Shown here in pieces: positions 41,508-52,086 of a stretch of DNA of 64,000 nucleotides. How positions within the stretch are numbered: position 1 is the first letter of the stretch; each line of letters opens with the position of its first letter. The notes under the pieces are model-generated. The model was given only the letters and a program-made list of their open reading frames with translations. It did not search any database and was not told the origin of the DNA. The position numbers were made by a program, and so were the translations under genes. The stretch covers positions 129,809 through 193,808 of the forward strand of contig JBHLQH010000003.1 of assembly GCA_048884965.1 (NCBI GenBank). Reading direction: 5' to 3'. Source of the DNA: Candidatus Thorarchaeota archaeon (GTDB lineage: Archaea; Asgardarchaeota; Thorarchaeia; Thorarchaeales; Thorarchaeaceae).

Positions 41508-42263
41508 CTAGAGTGAAACCATTCTATCGCGATTGAACCTGCTAGTCGCAAGCACCCATGTGGAGATAGCTAGTATTGACGCGATGAGTAGCGTCAGAAT
41601 ATTGGACGACCATACAAGGTTCATATCCACATTTCCTGTATCGCTCATTGACATCAAGGGTAGCATCATAGGAATCAAGAAGACAAACACGATGCCTCCA
41701 GAGCTCTGATACGCCTCATAAACACGCTTGACCCTACCACTGATGAGAATCATCACTGATACTATTGCCAAAACAAGAATGGGGCCTGCTACCAGTAGTA
41801 GAAACAAACTGGCTATCCCTGGAAAGAGGATTGCCTCAAGTCCGATAGATGTGAGTATTATTGTTGCAGCGATTTCGGTGACGAGGATTGAACCAAGCAG
41901 TAGAGCGATGCTGGGAATGAAAGAGCTCAACACTTTGCCAATCAAGAGCTCACGATCTGTTAAGGGTGTGCACAAGAGAGGTTCTAGGGTGTTCTGTTCT
42001 CTTTCACCCACAAGGGCGTTTGCAGAAATCATTGACGCTGGAATGATGGTCATAATTCCAATCAAGGGTGACATGATTGGGTCAAACATAGCAATTGCAG
42101 CCACTACAAGGGTCGGTGTTGAAAATGCTATCAACAGGAGAACTCCAATTGCCATGATAGGCGCAAGTGCAGCCATCATAACGAGACTGTACTTGACCAT
42201 GTTCACTTTCATCGCCATTCTTAGGTCCGCCTTGGCAACGAGCATCGATTTCCTCAGAGTCAT
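41508..42263 (-). CDS. ABC-2 exporter permease
   Basis: GEREQNTLEPLLCTPLTDRELLIGK. Confidence 0.88.
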   Translation of the reverse strand: MTLRKSMLVAKADLRMAMKVNMVKYSLVMMAALAPIMAIGVLLLIAFSTPTLVVAAIAMFDPIMSPLIGIMTIIPASMISANALVGEREQNTLEPLLCTPLTDRELLIGKVLSSFIPSIALLLGSILVTEIAATIILTSIGLEAILFPGIASLFLLLVAGPILVLAIVSVMILISGRVKRVYEAYQSSGGIVFVFLIPMMLPLMSMSDTGNVDMNLVWSSNILTLLIASILAISTWVLATSRFNRDRMVSL

Positions 42264-43204
42264 TACATTACACCTCCATTTATGACACCCAGATACAGGT
42301 CTTCCAGTGTCGCCTCTTCTTCCGCAAATTCGATGATTCTGACTCCTCGCGACAGCAGTGATTGCATGAGAGTCGAGTTATTCCCTATTGGGTCTTCAAT
42401 GGCAACCCGGATTGAGTTATCATCTTTCTCAGCAGATGTCACGAAAGTCATAGACTTAGCAATAGAGAGAGCTTCATCCAAATTCTCAGCTACACGAATT
42501 GTGAAATTCTGACAAGTTTGCAAACTAGACTGAAGATCTTTGGTCTTGCCGCTGAGCAATATTTGCCCCTTATCGATGATTGCAATCCTGTCACAGAGTC
42601 TCTGAACCTCCGCCAGATTGTGTGAGTTGATGAAGAAAGTTTGCTTATACTTCTCAGCAAGACTAAGAATGAGTTCTCGAACTTTCTTGGCGGCGATGGG
42701 ATCCAGTGCAGATGTCGGCTCATCCAATAAGAGCACTCTAGGCCGATGAATTAATGCACGACATAGTGCAAGCCGCTGGCGATTACCAGTGCTTAACTCT
42801 CCTGCGGGGTCATCCTTTCGTTCCCAGAGATTCATGAACCTCAGTAGATCCTCTATTCTTTCCTTCAGATCAGCCTCAGGAACTTCATAGAGTCTACCAA
42901 AGTACTCTAGATTCTCATATACGGAGAGTGTGGGATATACGGTATGATTGCTCTCTTCTGGCATTACACCAGTTATCTCTCGAACACTTACTGGTGACTC
43001 GACAATATCAAATCCCCCAACAGATGCTGTGCCCTCGTTGGGTTTGAGAAGTGTACAGAGGAGTCGAATCGTTGTAGACTTTCCTGCTCCATTCGGTCCT
43101 AGTAATCCGTAGATCGAGCCTTCAGGGACATTGAGTTCAATATGATCGACTGCAACCAGGTTGTCAAATTTCTTTGTTAGATCTTGAATAATTACTTCAT
43201 CCAA
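42263..43204 (-). CDS. ABC-2 exporter ATP-binding protein
   Basis: GPNGAGKS, LSTG, LLDEPT, NSH; TTG start at 43204 after GGAGGT. Confidence 0.9.
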   Translation of the reverse strand: MDEVIIQDLTKKFDNLVAVDHIELNVPEGSIYGLLGPNGAGKSTTIRLLCTLLKPNEGTASVGGFDIVESPVSVREITGVMPEESNHTVYPTLSVYENLEYFGRLYEVPEADLKERIEDLLRFMNLWERKDDPAGELSTGNRQRLALCRALIHRPRVLLLDEPTSALDPIAAKKVRELILSLAEKYKQTFFINSHNLAEVQRLCDRIAIIDKGQILLSGKTKDLQSSLQTCQNFTIRVAENLDEALSIAKSMTFVTSAEKDDNSIRVAIEDPIGNNSTLMQSLLSRGVRIIEFAEEEATLEDLYLGVINGGVM

Positions 43205-43220
43205 TTTTATACCTCCTAAC

Positions 43221-43481
43221 CTAGGATTTCTTTGTTTCAAATTGTGAAACCATGGCTCGAGAAATTCGGCTGTATGATGTGGATCGGATACGATCCTGAA
43301 GTTGATCGTTAGTTGTCCAGTTATCAACATCGTTCGAACCCAGAAACACGAAGACCAAGTTGTTCCATGCGCCCAGATTGATCTCTTTTACTCCATAGAG
43401 GTCAAGGGAAATATCGAGCCCTTGGAAAGCAATTACTGTGCGGCTTTCACCTTCATTCGTTGTTCCTTGTGATTCTATCAT
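43221..43481 (-). pseudogene. Decayed 5' fragment of an ABC ATPase (copy of 39336..40325)
   Basis: MIESQ...QGL...DLY..K..NL....N.VF.FLG.N aligns to the intact ATPase N-terminus; Walker A GPNGAGKT has become GSNDVDNW; upstream DNA is also homologous. Confidence 0.8.
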
Positions 43482-43619
43482 GGTGATTCACGAGAAAAGC
43501 AACCGCAAAACTGGATATCTATCTGCGTCCTTTTTCATGTTGACAGAAGCACCAAGAGGGGCTTTAGGAGCGTCACTCTGTAAGTTTGATACCTTACAAA
43601 GTGACAAAATCGAGATTAT

Positions 43620-44534
43620 CTAGACTCCAGCAGCTTTAACAGCTTCCTCAAGGTTGAGCCTTTTGATACTCTTGTATCTGTACGATGGTCTGTAAATGAA
43701 GGCTTCAGAATACAGGATTCCAGAAGCTAGTCCAATCTTTTTTGTAATCATATCGACTTGATTCAAGTTGTCAACAATGGCAATTGCAATAAGTACAGGA
43801 TCACTTGCAGAAACAAGAATATCCCAGATCTCCTCCTCGTGCTCCTTCAGTAGCATATCTATGACCGTATCCCTTGATACTTGCTTTGGATCCCAATTCA
43901 TTTTCAGGAAAAAGGTGATTCTCTCGCCCACATTAAGACGCCATCTAAGTGAGAATCTGATTGCTTCGCTCTCTTTTAGCTCTCGCAATGTCTTCCGAAC
44001 CAGCCGCACTGATAGACCAGTCTCTCTTGCAATATCAGTAGCTAGCATTCTAGCATCTACAAGAAGTGCTTTGAGGACCCGTAGCTGAAGGTTTGTTAGC
44101 TTCTTCTTTTTTCCTCTCAGACTAAGTAGAGTATGCATCTCAGCAGAGATGATACGAGGATTACTCGTGAATGATTCAGCTAGATTCGCGAGCTCGAGAG
44201 AGCTTGTATATTCCGCGAATACCAAGTAGTCTTCTCCATAAAGGGGAGATATCTGAATGATTCCTGTAATCGTACTAATCTCTGAAATGAACTGCTCTCT
44301 ATCTTGAATGGTGTCTGTCTTAATCCACAACATCATAACTTCAGAATCAATCATGGCTGGCGAGAGCTCAACATGGAAGTCTATTATTACACCACCCGCG
44401 ATCATGTCATCAACTCGACTCTTGATGGCAGTAACGGACATTCCTAGGGATTTGGCAATCTCTCGATATGTGGTTCTGCAGTCAATAACTAGAAAACTCA
44501 AGATCTGCTTGTCGATATAATCTAGTTTGGGCAT
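43620..44534 (-). CDS. Duplicated-domain Lrp/AsnC regulator
   Basis: Shares EMHTLLS, LQLRVLKALL.DARM, WRLNVGER, YRP.YRYKSIKRL with 40465..41379. Confidence 0.88.
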   Translation of the reverse strand: MPKLDYIDKQILSFLVIDCRTTYREIAKSLGMSVTAIKSRVDDMIAGGVIIDFHVELSPAMIDSEVMMLWIKTDTIQDREQFISEISTITGIIQISPLYGEDYLVFAEYTSSLELANLAESFTSNPRIISAEMHTLLSLRGKKKKLTNLQLRVLKALLVDARMLATDIARETGLSVRLVRKTLRELKESEAIRFSLRWRLNVGERITFFLKMNWDPKQVSRDTVIDMLLKEHEEEIWDILVSASDPVLIAIAIVDNLNQVDMITKKIGLASGILYSEAFIYRPSYRYKSIKRLNLEEAVKAAGV

Positions 44535-44715
44535 TAGAAATACCTTCGACAATCGACTTGATGAACGTTTTGCCAGATTCACTTTCACTTGCTATACATA
44601 GATTAGAATTCGATTGCAATAGTCAAACGGTCCTATCAAGTGATGAGTAATTTTAAAGGTCGGTTTCTTTGGATTCTGAAACTGCTGCCAATATGGAAAG
44701 TGGGAGAGAGTAATA

Positions 44716-45270
44716 ATGTCAGATAGTGAAATACCTCAATTCATCAAATTAATTCGGAAGGATATGGGATTCGATCCTGTCGAAATGTACCAACATGCAC
44801 AGAAAGCCATTACCACGCTAAAACCTGACCAATACGTAGATGCATTACATGTAACAAGGACACGCGCTCAGCAAGACTATCAATCAGGAAAATTTGATCT
44901 CGTTCAGGCAACTGTGATATTTCTCTCAGTTCTTGAGTTGAGCTATAAAGTGAAGGATTATGATTCTCAAATCATTACCCTCTGCAACTTGGGGTTAATG
45001 TATCAAAACGCGCGTGCTTATGATGTAGCTATAATATTTGCATCTGAAGGAATTAGTATTGCCTATGAACACAATTTGCTTGAGAGAAAACTTGATGCAT
45101 TGAATGTCCTCTCTCTGGTATACACTAACACACAGGAATCTGAGAAACGTATGGATGTTATGGAAGAAGTCGCTGAAACCTATGGAAAGCTTGGACAAAT
45201 GGACAAGAAGGCAGAGATCCAAGGTCAAATCACGCAGTTGAAGGAATTCATGGCATTATTAGGCAAGTAG
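44716..45270 (+). CDS. TPR-like helical repeat protein
   Basis: TLCNLGLMYQ and ALNVLSLVY TPR-type repeats. Confidence 0.72.
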   Translation: MSDSEIPQFIKLIRKDMGFDPVEMYQHAQKAITTLKPDQYVDALHVTRTRAQQDYQSGKFDLVQATVIFLSVLELSYKVKDYDSQIITLCNLGLMYQNARAYDVAIIFASEGISIAYEHNLLERKLDALNVLSLVYTNTQESEKRMDVMEEVAETYGKLGQMDKKAEIQGQITQLKEFMALLGK

Positions 45271-45354
45271 AGCTGATTGCTTCGAAATATTCTATCACTT
45301 CGTAATGCATAAATTCTCCCTCATTCCCAGACTCACTATCAAGGATGTGGAACT

Positions 45355-47373
45355 ATGGATCTTGATGTTTCCAAGGCAATGACTGTAAAGCTATCATCAG
45401 AGCTACCAGCAGCTCCTATTTTCGAGCCGCAATATCGTCGTGCTCCAAGTAGAGGGTATGAATTGAATGAGCATGATACTATCATAGCAGTAAAGAATGC
45501 ACTCCGATATGTTCCAACAGAGCTCCATGAAACTTTGGCACCTGAGTTCCTAGACGAGCTCATGACAAGGGGTAGGATCTATGGGTATAGATATCGTCCG
45601 CAAGGTGCAATCAAAGCAAAGCCTATTGATGAGTATAAAGGAATCCTAGAAGCTCGAGGTCTCCAACTGATGATGGATAACAATGTGAGTTTCGAGATCG
45701 CACTATATCCTTACGAACTAGTCACCTATGGCGAAAGTGGGCAGGTCTGTCAGAACTGGATGCAATTCCAGCTTATCAAGAAGTACTTGGAAACAATGAC
45801 GGAAGAGCAGACTCTTGTTGTTAGTTCTGGACATCCAATAGGTCTCTTTCCGTCCAAGCGAGAGGCTCCACGTGTCATATCGACGAATGGTCTCATGGTT
45901 GGGATGTTTGACACCCCTGAAGATTTCCATCGGTCTGCAGCTCTCGGTAACTCGAACTATGGTCAGATGACAGCTGGAGGCTGGATGTACATAGGTCCTC
46001 AGGGGATTGTTCATGGCACCTATATTACTCTTCTAAATGCAGGTCGTTTGTATCTTAGCATACCTGAAGATCAAGATCTCAGCGGCAGGCTATTCATCAC
46101 CTCTGGACTTGGCGGAATGAGTGGTGCTCAAGCAAAGGCAATCGAGATAGCTGGTGGCATTGGCATAATTGCCGAGGTGGACAAGAGCCGTATTGAGACC
46201 CGAAGTGAGCAGGGTTGGCTTGGTAAGTGGTCTGAGAGTCTTGATGAGATATTTGAGTGGGTGGAAGACCATAGAAAGACTGGTGAGCCAGTTTCTATAG
46301 GCTACTTTGGCAATATTGTTGATGTATGGCAATATGTAGTCGATAAAGGAATCAAGGTGGAACTCGCATCAGATCAAACATCCTGTCATGATGTCTATGG
46401 CGGCGGATATACCCCTCAAGGTATTTCCTTTGAGGAGGGGCGTGACCTTCTGATGAATGATCGCGATTCATTTCGGGACCTTGTCGACAAGTCCTTGATC
46501 AAACAATTTCAACTCATCAAGAAGATGACCGAAGTTGGAACCTTCTTCTGGGACTATGGAAACAGCTTCATGAAAGCGGTGTTCGACGCGGGAGCGAAGG
46601 ATATAGCCAGGAATGGCACGGACACCAATGATGGCTTCATCTTCCCATCGTATGTCGAAGATATCATGGGTCCAATTTGCTTCGACTACGGCTATGGCCC
46701 GTTCCGGTGGGTATGTCTTACCGGAAAGCACGATGATCTTGTAACGACCGACAGGATTGCTATGGACAACATCGATCCTACACGTAGAGGACAAGATCGT
46801 GACAACTACATCTGGATTCGAGACGCTGAGAAGAACGCTCTTGTGGTTGGCTCTCAGGCAAGGATACTCTATGCAGATGCTTCAGGTAGGGTAAATATAG
46901 CCCTCCAATTCAATAAAGCCGTGCGTGATGGTAAGGTGGGTCCTATCATGCTGGGACGAGACCATCATGATACGGGAGGTACTGATTCGCCATTCCGAGA
47001 AACTGCGAACATCCTTGATGGTAGCAATATAACTAGCGACATGGCGCATCAATGTTGGGCAGGAGATGCTGCTCGAGGGATGACTCTATGTGTCCTATCT
47101 AATGGCGGTGGCGTTGGGACTGGAAAGGCCATCAATGGTGGCTTTGGACTGGTCCTTGACGGGAGCGACAGAGTTGATTCTATTATTCGAAGCGCACTTG
47201 ACTGGGATGCAATGTGTGGAGTTGCGAGGCGTGCATGGGCAAGAAACGATCATGCGATTGAAACGGTCGTGGAATGGAATAATCGAATGAAAGAATCAGG
47301 TCAAATCACACTCCCATACGTTCCCAAAGACGACTTGGTCGAGAGTCTGGTCAAGAAGCAGCTCGAATCCTAG
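45355..47373 (+). CDS. hutU: Urocanate hydratase (long form)
   Basis: PYELVTYG, GQMTAG, IGPQGIVHGT, GLGGMSGAQ, SDQTSCH, GPFRW, GRDHHD, DSPFRET. Confidence 0.97.
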   Translation: MDLDVSKAMTVKLSSELPAAPIFEPQYRRAPSRGYELNEHDTIIAVKNALRYVPTELHETLAPEFLDELMTRGRIYGYRYRPQGAIKAKPIDEYKGILEARGLQLMMDNNVSFEIALYPYELVTYGESGQVCQNWMQFQLIKKYLETMTEEQTLVVSSGHPIGLFPSKREAPRVISTNGLMVGMFDTPEDFHRSAALGNSNYGQMTAGGWMYIGPQGIVHGTYITLLNAGRLYLSIPEDQDLSGRLFITSGLGGMSGAQAKAIEIAGGIGIIAEVDKSRIETRSEQGWLGKWSESLDEIFEWVEDHRKTGEPVSIGYFGNIVDVWQYVVDKGIKVELASDQTSCHDVYGGGYTPQGISFEEGRDLLMNDRDSFRDLVDKSLIKQFQLIKKMTEVGTFFWDYGNSFMKAVFDAGAKDIARNGTDTNDGFIFPSYVEDIMGPICFDYGYGPFRWVCLTGKHDDLVTTDRIAMDNIDPTRRGQDRDNYIWIRDAEKNALVVGSQARILYADASGRVNIALQFNKAVRDGKVGPIMLGRDHHDTGGTDSPFRETANILDGSNITSDMAHQCWAGDAARGMTLCVLSNGGGVGTGKAINGGFGLVLDGSDRVDSIIRSALDWDAMCGVARRAWARNDHAIETVVEWNNRMKESGQITLPYVPKDDLVESLVKKQLES

Positions 47374-47816
47374 AGATTTGAGTAGTCTAATACTCCTGTG
47401 TGCATTATGAGCTTCCACTCGCTGCCTAATTTGGTATAGACCTTACAGACTCTACCTATCCAATGCTCCTCGTTTCCATCATCATCTACCCAGAGTGTAT
47501 CGATATCCACAACAGCAAACGCTCCATTTCCTTCATTGGAAACTGCAATCCTCTGAATTGTTCTACGATTATGGACTAGTCTGTAGTTATCAAAGAGACC
47601 CTGCCATAGTGTTTTCCATCTTTTGTAGTCATATTTTCCCCATTCAATAACCCAATTGAGTGGGTCATGTGACTGAGGAGTCTTTGGCCAAGGCCAGACC
47701 ATGTCAGGATGGAAGATACTAATGAGGAGCTCAACATCCTGAGTATCCCATGCCTTTGTTTCTCGATTCACCATCATTTCGATTTCTTTCTTTATCGATT
47801 CTTGATTTTCATTCAC
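47370..47816 (-). CDS. SnoaL/NTF2-like protein
   Basis: AWDTQDVELL..FHPD...KVYTKLGSEWKLIMH; GTG start at 47816. Confidence 0.82.
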   Translation of the reverse strand: MNENQESIKKEIEMMVNRETKAWDTQDVELLISIFHPDMVWPWPKTPQSHDPLNWVIEWGKYDYKRWKTLWQGLFDNYRLVHNRRTIQRIAVSNEGNGAFAVVDIDTLWVDDDGNEEHWIGRVCKVYTKLGSEWKLIMHTGVLDYSNL

Positions 47817-48025
47817 GAATACCCACCATCTATTGACTGCTCCACGCTGGTTCTCCAAGAATGTTGGCTGTAACCGGAATATGGTGGAATGTTTTGAGCA
47901 TAAAATCGTTGGGACTAGCAGACGTGAGACCCTCAAGAACGATAATTTCTAAAGCAAGGCAGAGGGCGAAGTATCTAGGTTATTGCCAGAGAATCTTGGG
48001 CATAGCACCCCACTGAGGGATCTGA

Positions 48026-49558
48026 ATGGTCGTATCAATTGATGGTGAAACGCTAACAATAGAGGATGTTGTGAATGTAGCAAGACATCATTTCGAAGTG
48101 AAACTGGATGATGAGGCACGCGAAAGGATTCTTGCTAGCAGACAGGTAATCGATAATGCGCTCACTGACGGTCGAACGGTATATGGTGTGAATACTGGTT
48201 TTGGGGATTTGGCAAACGTTTCCATCGATGAGAAGGACCTAGCAGAATTACAAGTGAACCTAATTCGCAGTCATAGTGTGGGGGTTGGAGAGCCGTTCCC
48301 ACAAGAAGTAGTGCGAGGGATGATGGTATTGCGTGCGAACGCTCTTGCCAAAGGATTCTCAGGGGTTCGAACAATCGTTGTAGAGACCCTCCTAGAGATG
48401 CTAAACAAGGATGTTGTCCCTGTTGTTCCTGAACAGGGCTCTGTCGGGTCCAGTGGAGATCTTGCTCCACTTGCACATATGGTCCTAGTGATGATTGGTG
48501 AAGGTGAAGCCTTTTACAAAGGTGAACTTCTCTCTGGCGCTGTAGCAATGAAAAAGGCAGGTATCTCACCAGTCACTCTTCAAGCAAAAGAGGGAGTGGC
48601 CCTAATCAATGGGACCCAACCAATGACCTCGGTGGGCGTTCTGGCCATTCATGATGCCATGAAGATCGTTAGGAATGCCGCCATCGCAGCTGCCATGTCC
48701 CTTGAAGCATTGAGAGGCACCCGCGCTGCGTTCGATAAGAGAATTCATGAAATACGACCACATGAGGGACAAGGAGATATTGCTGCTCTAATGCGTTCTC
48801 TCCTTCCGGATAGCGAGATCAACCAATCCCATGCACTCTGTGGCAAGGTGCAAGATGCCTATTCATTGCGATGCATTCCTCAAGTCCTAGGAGCGTCGCT
48901 TGACTCTATCCGATATGTAAGAAGTATTCTGGAAACTGAGATCAACTCTGCTACGGACAATCCTCTTGTGTTCATAGAAAGTGGTGACGTTCTTTCTGGT
49001 GGGAATTTTCATGGACAACCAATCGCTTTGAACATGGATTTTCTAGGGATTGCTCTTTCTGAGATCGCCAATGTATCTGAGCGGAGAATCAATCGTATGG
49101 TCAATCCTGACCTAAGTGGCCTTCCTGCATTTCTGACGAAAGAAGGAGGACTTCGATCGGGGCTCATGATCGCGCAGTACACTGCAGCAGCTCTAGTATC
49201 TGAGAATAAAGTGCTCGCTCATCCTGCAAGTGTCGATTCCATTCCTACAAGTGCTGATCAAGAAGATCATGTGAGTATGGGAACGATTGCTGCAAGGAAA
49301 GCAAGGAAAATCTTGGAAAATGTATTGAACGTTGTTTCAATAGAGCTACTCTGTGCAGCTCAAGGTATTGATCTATTATCTCCCCTCAAACCATCAAAGC
49401 CCTTGCAACTGGTACTTGAAGAGATTAGAACCCGAGTGCCAACTTTGGAAGAGGATCGAGTTCTATCCAAGGATATTCATCTAATTCGCGAGCTAGTGGT
49501 ATCTGATATTCTCGTTGGCAAAGCGGAAGAGGTAATTGGATCGTTATTGGACGAATAG
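48026..49558 (+). CDS. hutH: Histidine ammonia-lyase
   Basis: YGVNTGFG, NLIRSH, GSVGSSGDLAPL, QDAYSLRC, GNFHG, QEDHVSM. Confidence 0.97.
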   Translation: MVVSIDGETLTIEDVVNVARHHFEVKLDDEARERILASRQVIDNALTDGRTVYGVNTGFGDLANVSIDEKDLAELQVNLIRSHSVGVGEPFPQEVVRGMMVLRANALAKGFSGVRTIVVETLLEMLNKDVVPVVPEQGSVGSSGDLAPLAHMVLVMIGEGEAFYKGELLSGAVAMKKAGISPVTLQAKEGVALINGTQPMTSVGVLAIHDAMKIVRNAAIAAAMSLEALRGTRAAFDKRIHEIRPHEGQGDIAALMRSLLPDSEINQSHALCGKVQDAYSLRCIPQVLGASLDSIRYVRSILETEINSATDNPLVFIESGDVLSGGNFHGQPIALNMDFLGIALSEIANVSERRINRMVNPDLSGLPAFLTKEGGLRSGLMIAQYTAAALVSENKVLAHPASVDSIPTSADQEDHVSMGTIAARKARKILENVLNVVSIELLCAAQGIDLLSPLKPSKPLQLVLEEIRTRVPTLEEDRVLSKDIHLIRELVVSDILVGKAEEVIGSLLDE

Positions 49559-49685
49559 GCACCAAGGTCCATACCTAACTTCACACGCGGCACTCAATGA
49601 ATGCATCCAATCATGAAGATTTATGTAGATTACACATACTGAATTGTTAGATATCTCTAAGAATTTTGAACTCAGGTGGTCGTCA

Positions 49686-50114
49686 GTGCCCAATCTATCA
49701 AAAGCAATGGAACAATACTTGGAAACGATCTACAAACTGGCAGTTGAAGGTCACGGAACGAGTGTATCTGACATAGCAGAAGCACGAGGAGTTAAAGCTC
49801 CAAGTGTGACGTATGTGCTGAGGAAACTCTCACGCCCTGAGTATGGTCTTGTGAACTATGAGAAGTATAATCGCGAAGTATCTCTGACGGAGAAAGGCCG
49901 AACGATTGCTGAGAAATTGGAAAAGACCCACGCGACACTACAATGGTTCTTCGAGTCAATTGGTGTTGATCATCAACTTGCTGATGAGGATGCCTGTGAG
50001 ATTGAGCATATAGTCCGACCTGAAACTGTGAAGATGTTGCTTGAGTTTGTGGATTGGGTAAAGAACGACTCGAAAGCTGCTGAACTCCTCTCCAGATTCA
50101 GATCCGGTCGTTGA
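49686..50114 (+). CDS. DtxR/MntR metal-dependent regulator
   Basis: EQYLETIY, DIAEARGVKAPSV, LTEKG, DACEIEH. Confidence 0.9.
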   Translation: MPNLSKAMEQYLETIYKLAVEGHGTSVSDIAEARGVKAPSVTYVLRKLSRPEYGLVNYEKYNREVSLTEKGRTIAEKLEKTHATLQWFFESIGVDHQLADEDACEIEHIVRPETVKMLLEFVDWVKNDSKAAELLSRFRSGR

Positions 50115-50124
50115 TTTTCCACTC

Positions 50125-51396
50125 TCATGGTCCGAGTTTTGTATGTACTACCTGTCCATTTGCGATAACTGTGTGAACCAGATTCACTCCAAATCTGTAT
50201 GCCAAGTATTCAGGATTCGGGCATTCTAGAACTACGATATCCGCTCTTTTGCCTATTTCTATGCTTCCCAGTGTATCTGCTTTATCAAGTGCATGAGCTG
50301 CATTGATAGTCAATGCTGATATGACCTCTCTAGGATGCATCTTCATCTTATAGCATGCAAGTGCTGCAGTAAAGAACAATGACTCGTTTGCACAGTTTGG
50401 ATTGAAATCGGTTGCAAGTGCTACAGGAAGTCCGAGGTCTATCATGTATCTAGCTCGCGCATATTCAGTATCCAAGCTAAATGCTGTTCCTGGTAGGAGC
50501 GTAGCAATCGTTCCTGCCTTTCTCATTGCTTCCAAGCCATCATCTGATGACATCAACAAGTGATCTGCTGATGTGGCACCAAGCTCAGCAGCTAGCTCAG
50601 CTCCTCCTAGCTGTACGATCTCATCCGCATGTAGTTTGAGTTTCATACCATGCTTCCTAGCCTCAAGCAGGATTCTCCTTGATTGCTCAACATCGAACAC
50701 TCCTTTCTCACAGAATACATCACAAAACTCAGCTGTACCAGCTTGTGAGACCTTGGGAATCATTGCATCAACGATCAGATCCACATAATCCTCTGTTCGA
50801 CCTTGGAATTCGGGAGGTACTGCATGAGCACCCATGAACGTTGATGAGATGTCCATAGGGAGCATTTCTCTCAAATCGCAGATGGTACGCAGCATTTTTA
50901 GCTCGTTTTCAGTATCCAGTCCATAACCACTTTTCGCTTCAAAAGATGTCGTTCCTTCTGCAAGCATTCTCTCTCCATACGCGAATCCATTCCCTCTAAG
51001 AGTCTCAAGATTTGCCTCTCGCGTAGCTCGTAGAGTATTGAGTATCCCGCCTCCCGCTTCCAGAATCTCCATGTAGGTCTTCCCAGCAATCTTCATCGCA
51101 AAGTCATTCTCACGAGACCCCCCAAAGACTAGGTGGGTATGACTATCAACGAATCCCGGCACCGCAAGCATATCTGGAAGCTCGATCTGTGAGAATGAAT
51201 CACTTTCGATTTCATTGAGAACTTCTTTTGTTGTTCCAACAGCAATAATAATGCCCTCTCTAATCGCTACAGCTCCATCCTCAATGATTGAGAGTTCCTT
51301 CATATCATGTTCAGTCTTTGGTTTCTTGCTCGCTCCTTCAAGGGTTGCAAGCTCTTTGATATTCGTCAGCACAAGGTCCGGTGTCATTCCATCCAC
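50125..51396 (-). CDS. hutI: Imidazolonepropionase
   Basis: PGFVDSHTH, EAKSGYGL, GAHA, DVFCE, HADE, ATDFNP. Confidence 0.96.
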   Translation of the reverse strand: MDGMTPDLVLTNIKELATLEGASKKPKTEHDMKELSIIEDGAVAIREGIIIAVGTTKEVLNEIESDSFSQIELPDMLAVPGFVDSHTHLVFGGSRENDFAMKIAGKTYMEILEAGGGILNTLRATREANLETLRGNGFAYGERMLAEGTTSFEAKSGYGLDTENELKMLRTICDLREMLPMDISSTFMGAHAVPPEFQGRTEDYVDLIVDAMIPKVSQAGTAEFCDVFCEKGVFDVEQSRRILLEARKHGMKLKLHADEIVQLGGAELAAELGATSADHLLMSSDDGLEAMRKAGTIATLLPGTAFSLDTEYARARYMIDLGLPVALATDFNPNCANESLFFTAALACYKMKMHPREVISALTINAAHALDKADTLGSIEIGKRADIVVLECPNPEYLAYRFGVNLVHTVIANGQVVHTKLGP

Positions 51397-51492
51397 AAGT
51401 GTAGTTCACCACTCTCCCTCTTGTATGTTAGGGTTGCATTAATTAGGGAGTAAGATAAGAGCACGGCAAACCATTGAGGTAGTTGCATTCCC

Positions 51493-52074
51493 ATGGAGTA
51501 TCTTATTCTGAGCTGGAGCGATGTCTATAATCTTACCTTACAGCTCTCTGAACGAATTGTTGAAAGTGGATTTATCCCTGATCTCATTATCGGAATCGCG
51601 CGAGGAGGATGGATTCCGGCTAGGATTTTATCTGATGTGCTATATGCGAATGCAATGTTCAACGTCCGCATCGAGTACTACACGGATTTAGGCGTTCATG
51701 GGCGTGAGCCAAAGATCACACAACCCCTTTCTGTACCGATTGCAGACAAGAATGTACTCATTATCGATGAAGTTGCAGATTCTGGGGAAAGCCTCTATCA
51801 TGCCATCGAGTATGTCAAGAAACTAGGGGCGAAGAACCTGCGAAGTGCTGTCCTTCATCTCAAACCGACATCTCGGGTTGTTCCTGATTTCTACATACAA
51901 TGTGTTACCAGTTGGACCGTATATCCTTGGGAGATACGCGAATCTATCATTGCACTGGTACAGAAATTCAAGGAAGAGAATCCTGAACTTGATATGCTTG
52001 CGATAAGAAATAAACTCGTCTTTGAAGTTGGATTTGAGCCCACCGTTACTGATTATTTCATCAAGCGATTATAG
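51493..52074 (+). CDS. Purine phosphoribosyltransferase (type I PRTase)
   Basis: IARGGWIPAR, IIDEVADSGES, YPWE. Confidence 0.9.
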   Translation: MEYLILSWSDVYNLTLQLSERIVESGFIPDLIIGIARGGWIPARILSDVLYANAMFNVRIEYYTDLGVHGREPKITQPLSVPIADKNVLIIDEVADSGESLYHAIEYVKKLGAKNLRSAVLHLKPTSRVVPDFYIQCVTSWTVYPWEIRESIIALVQKFKEENPELDMLAIRNKLVFEVGFEPTVTDYFIKRL

Positions 52075-52086
52075 GACTATTCAGAG

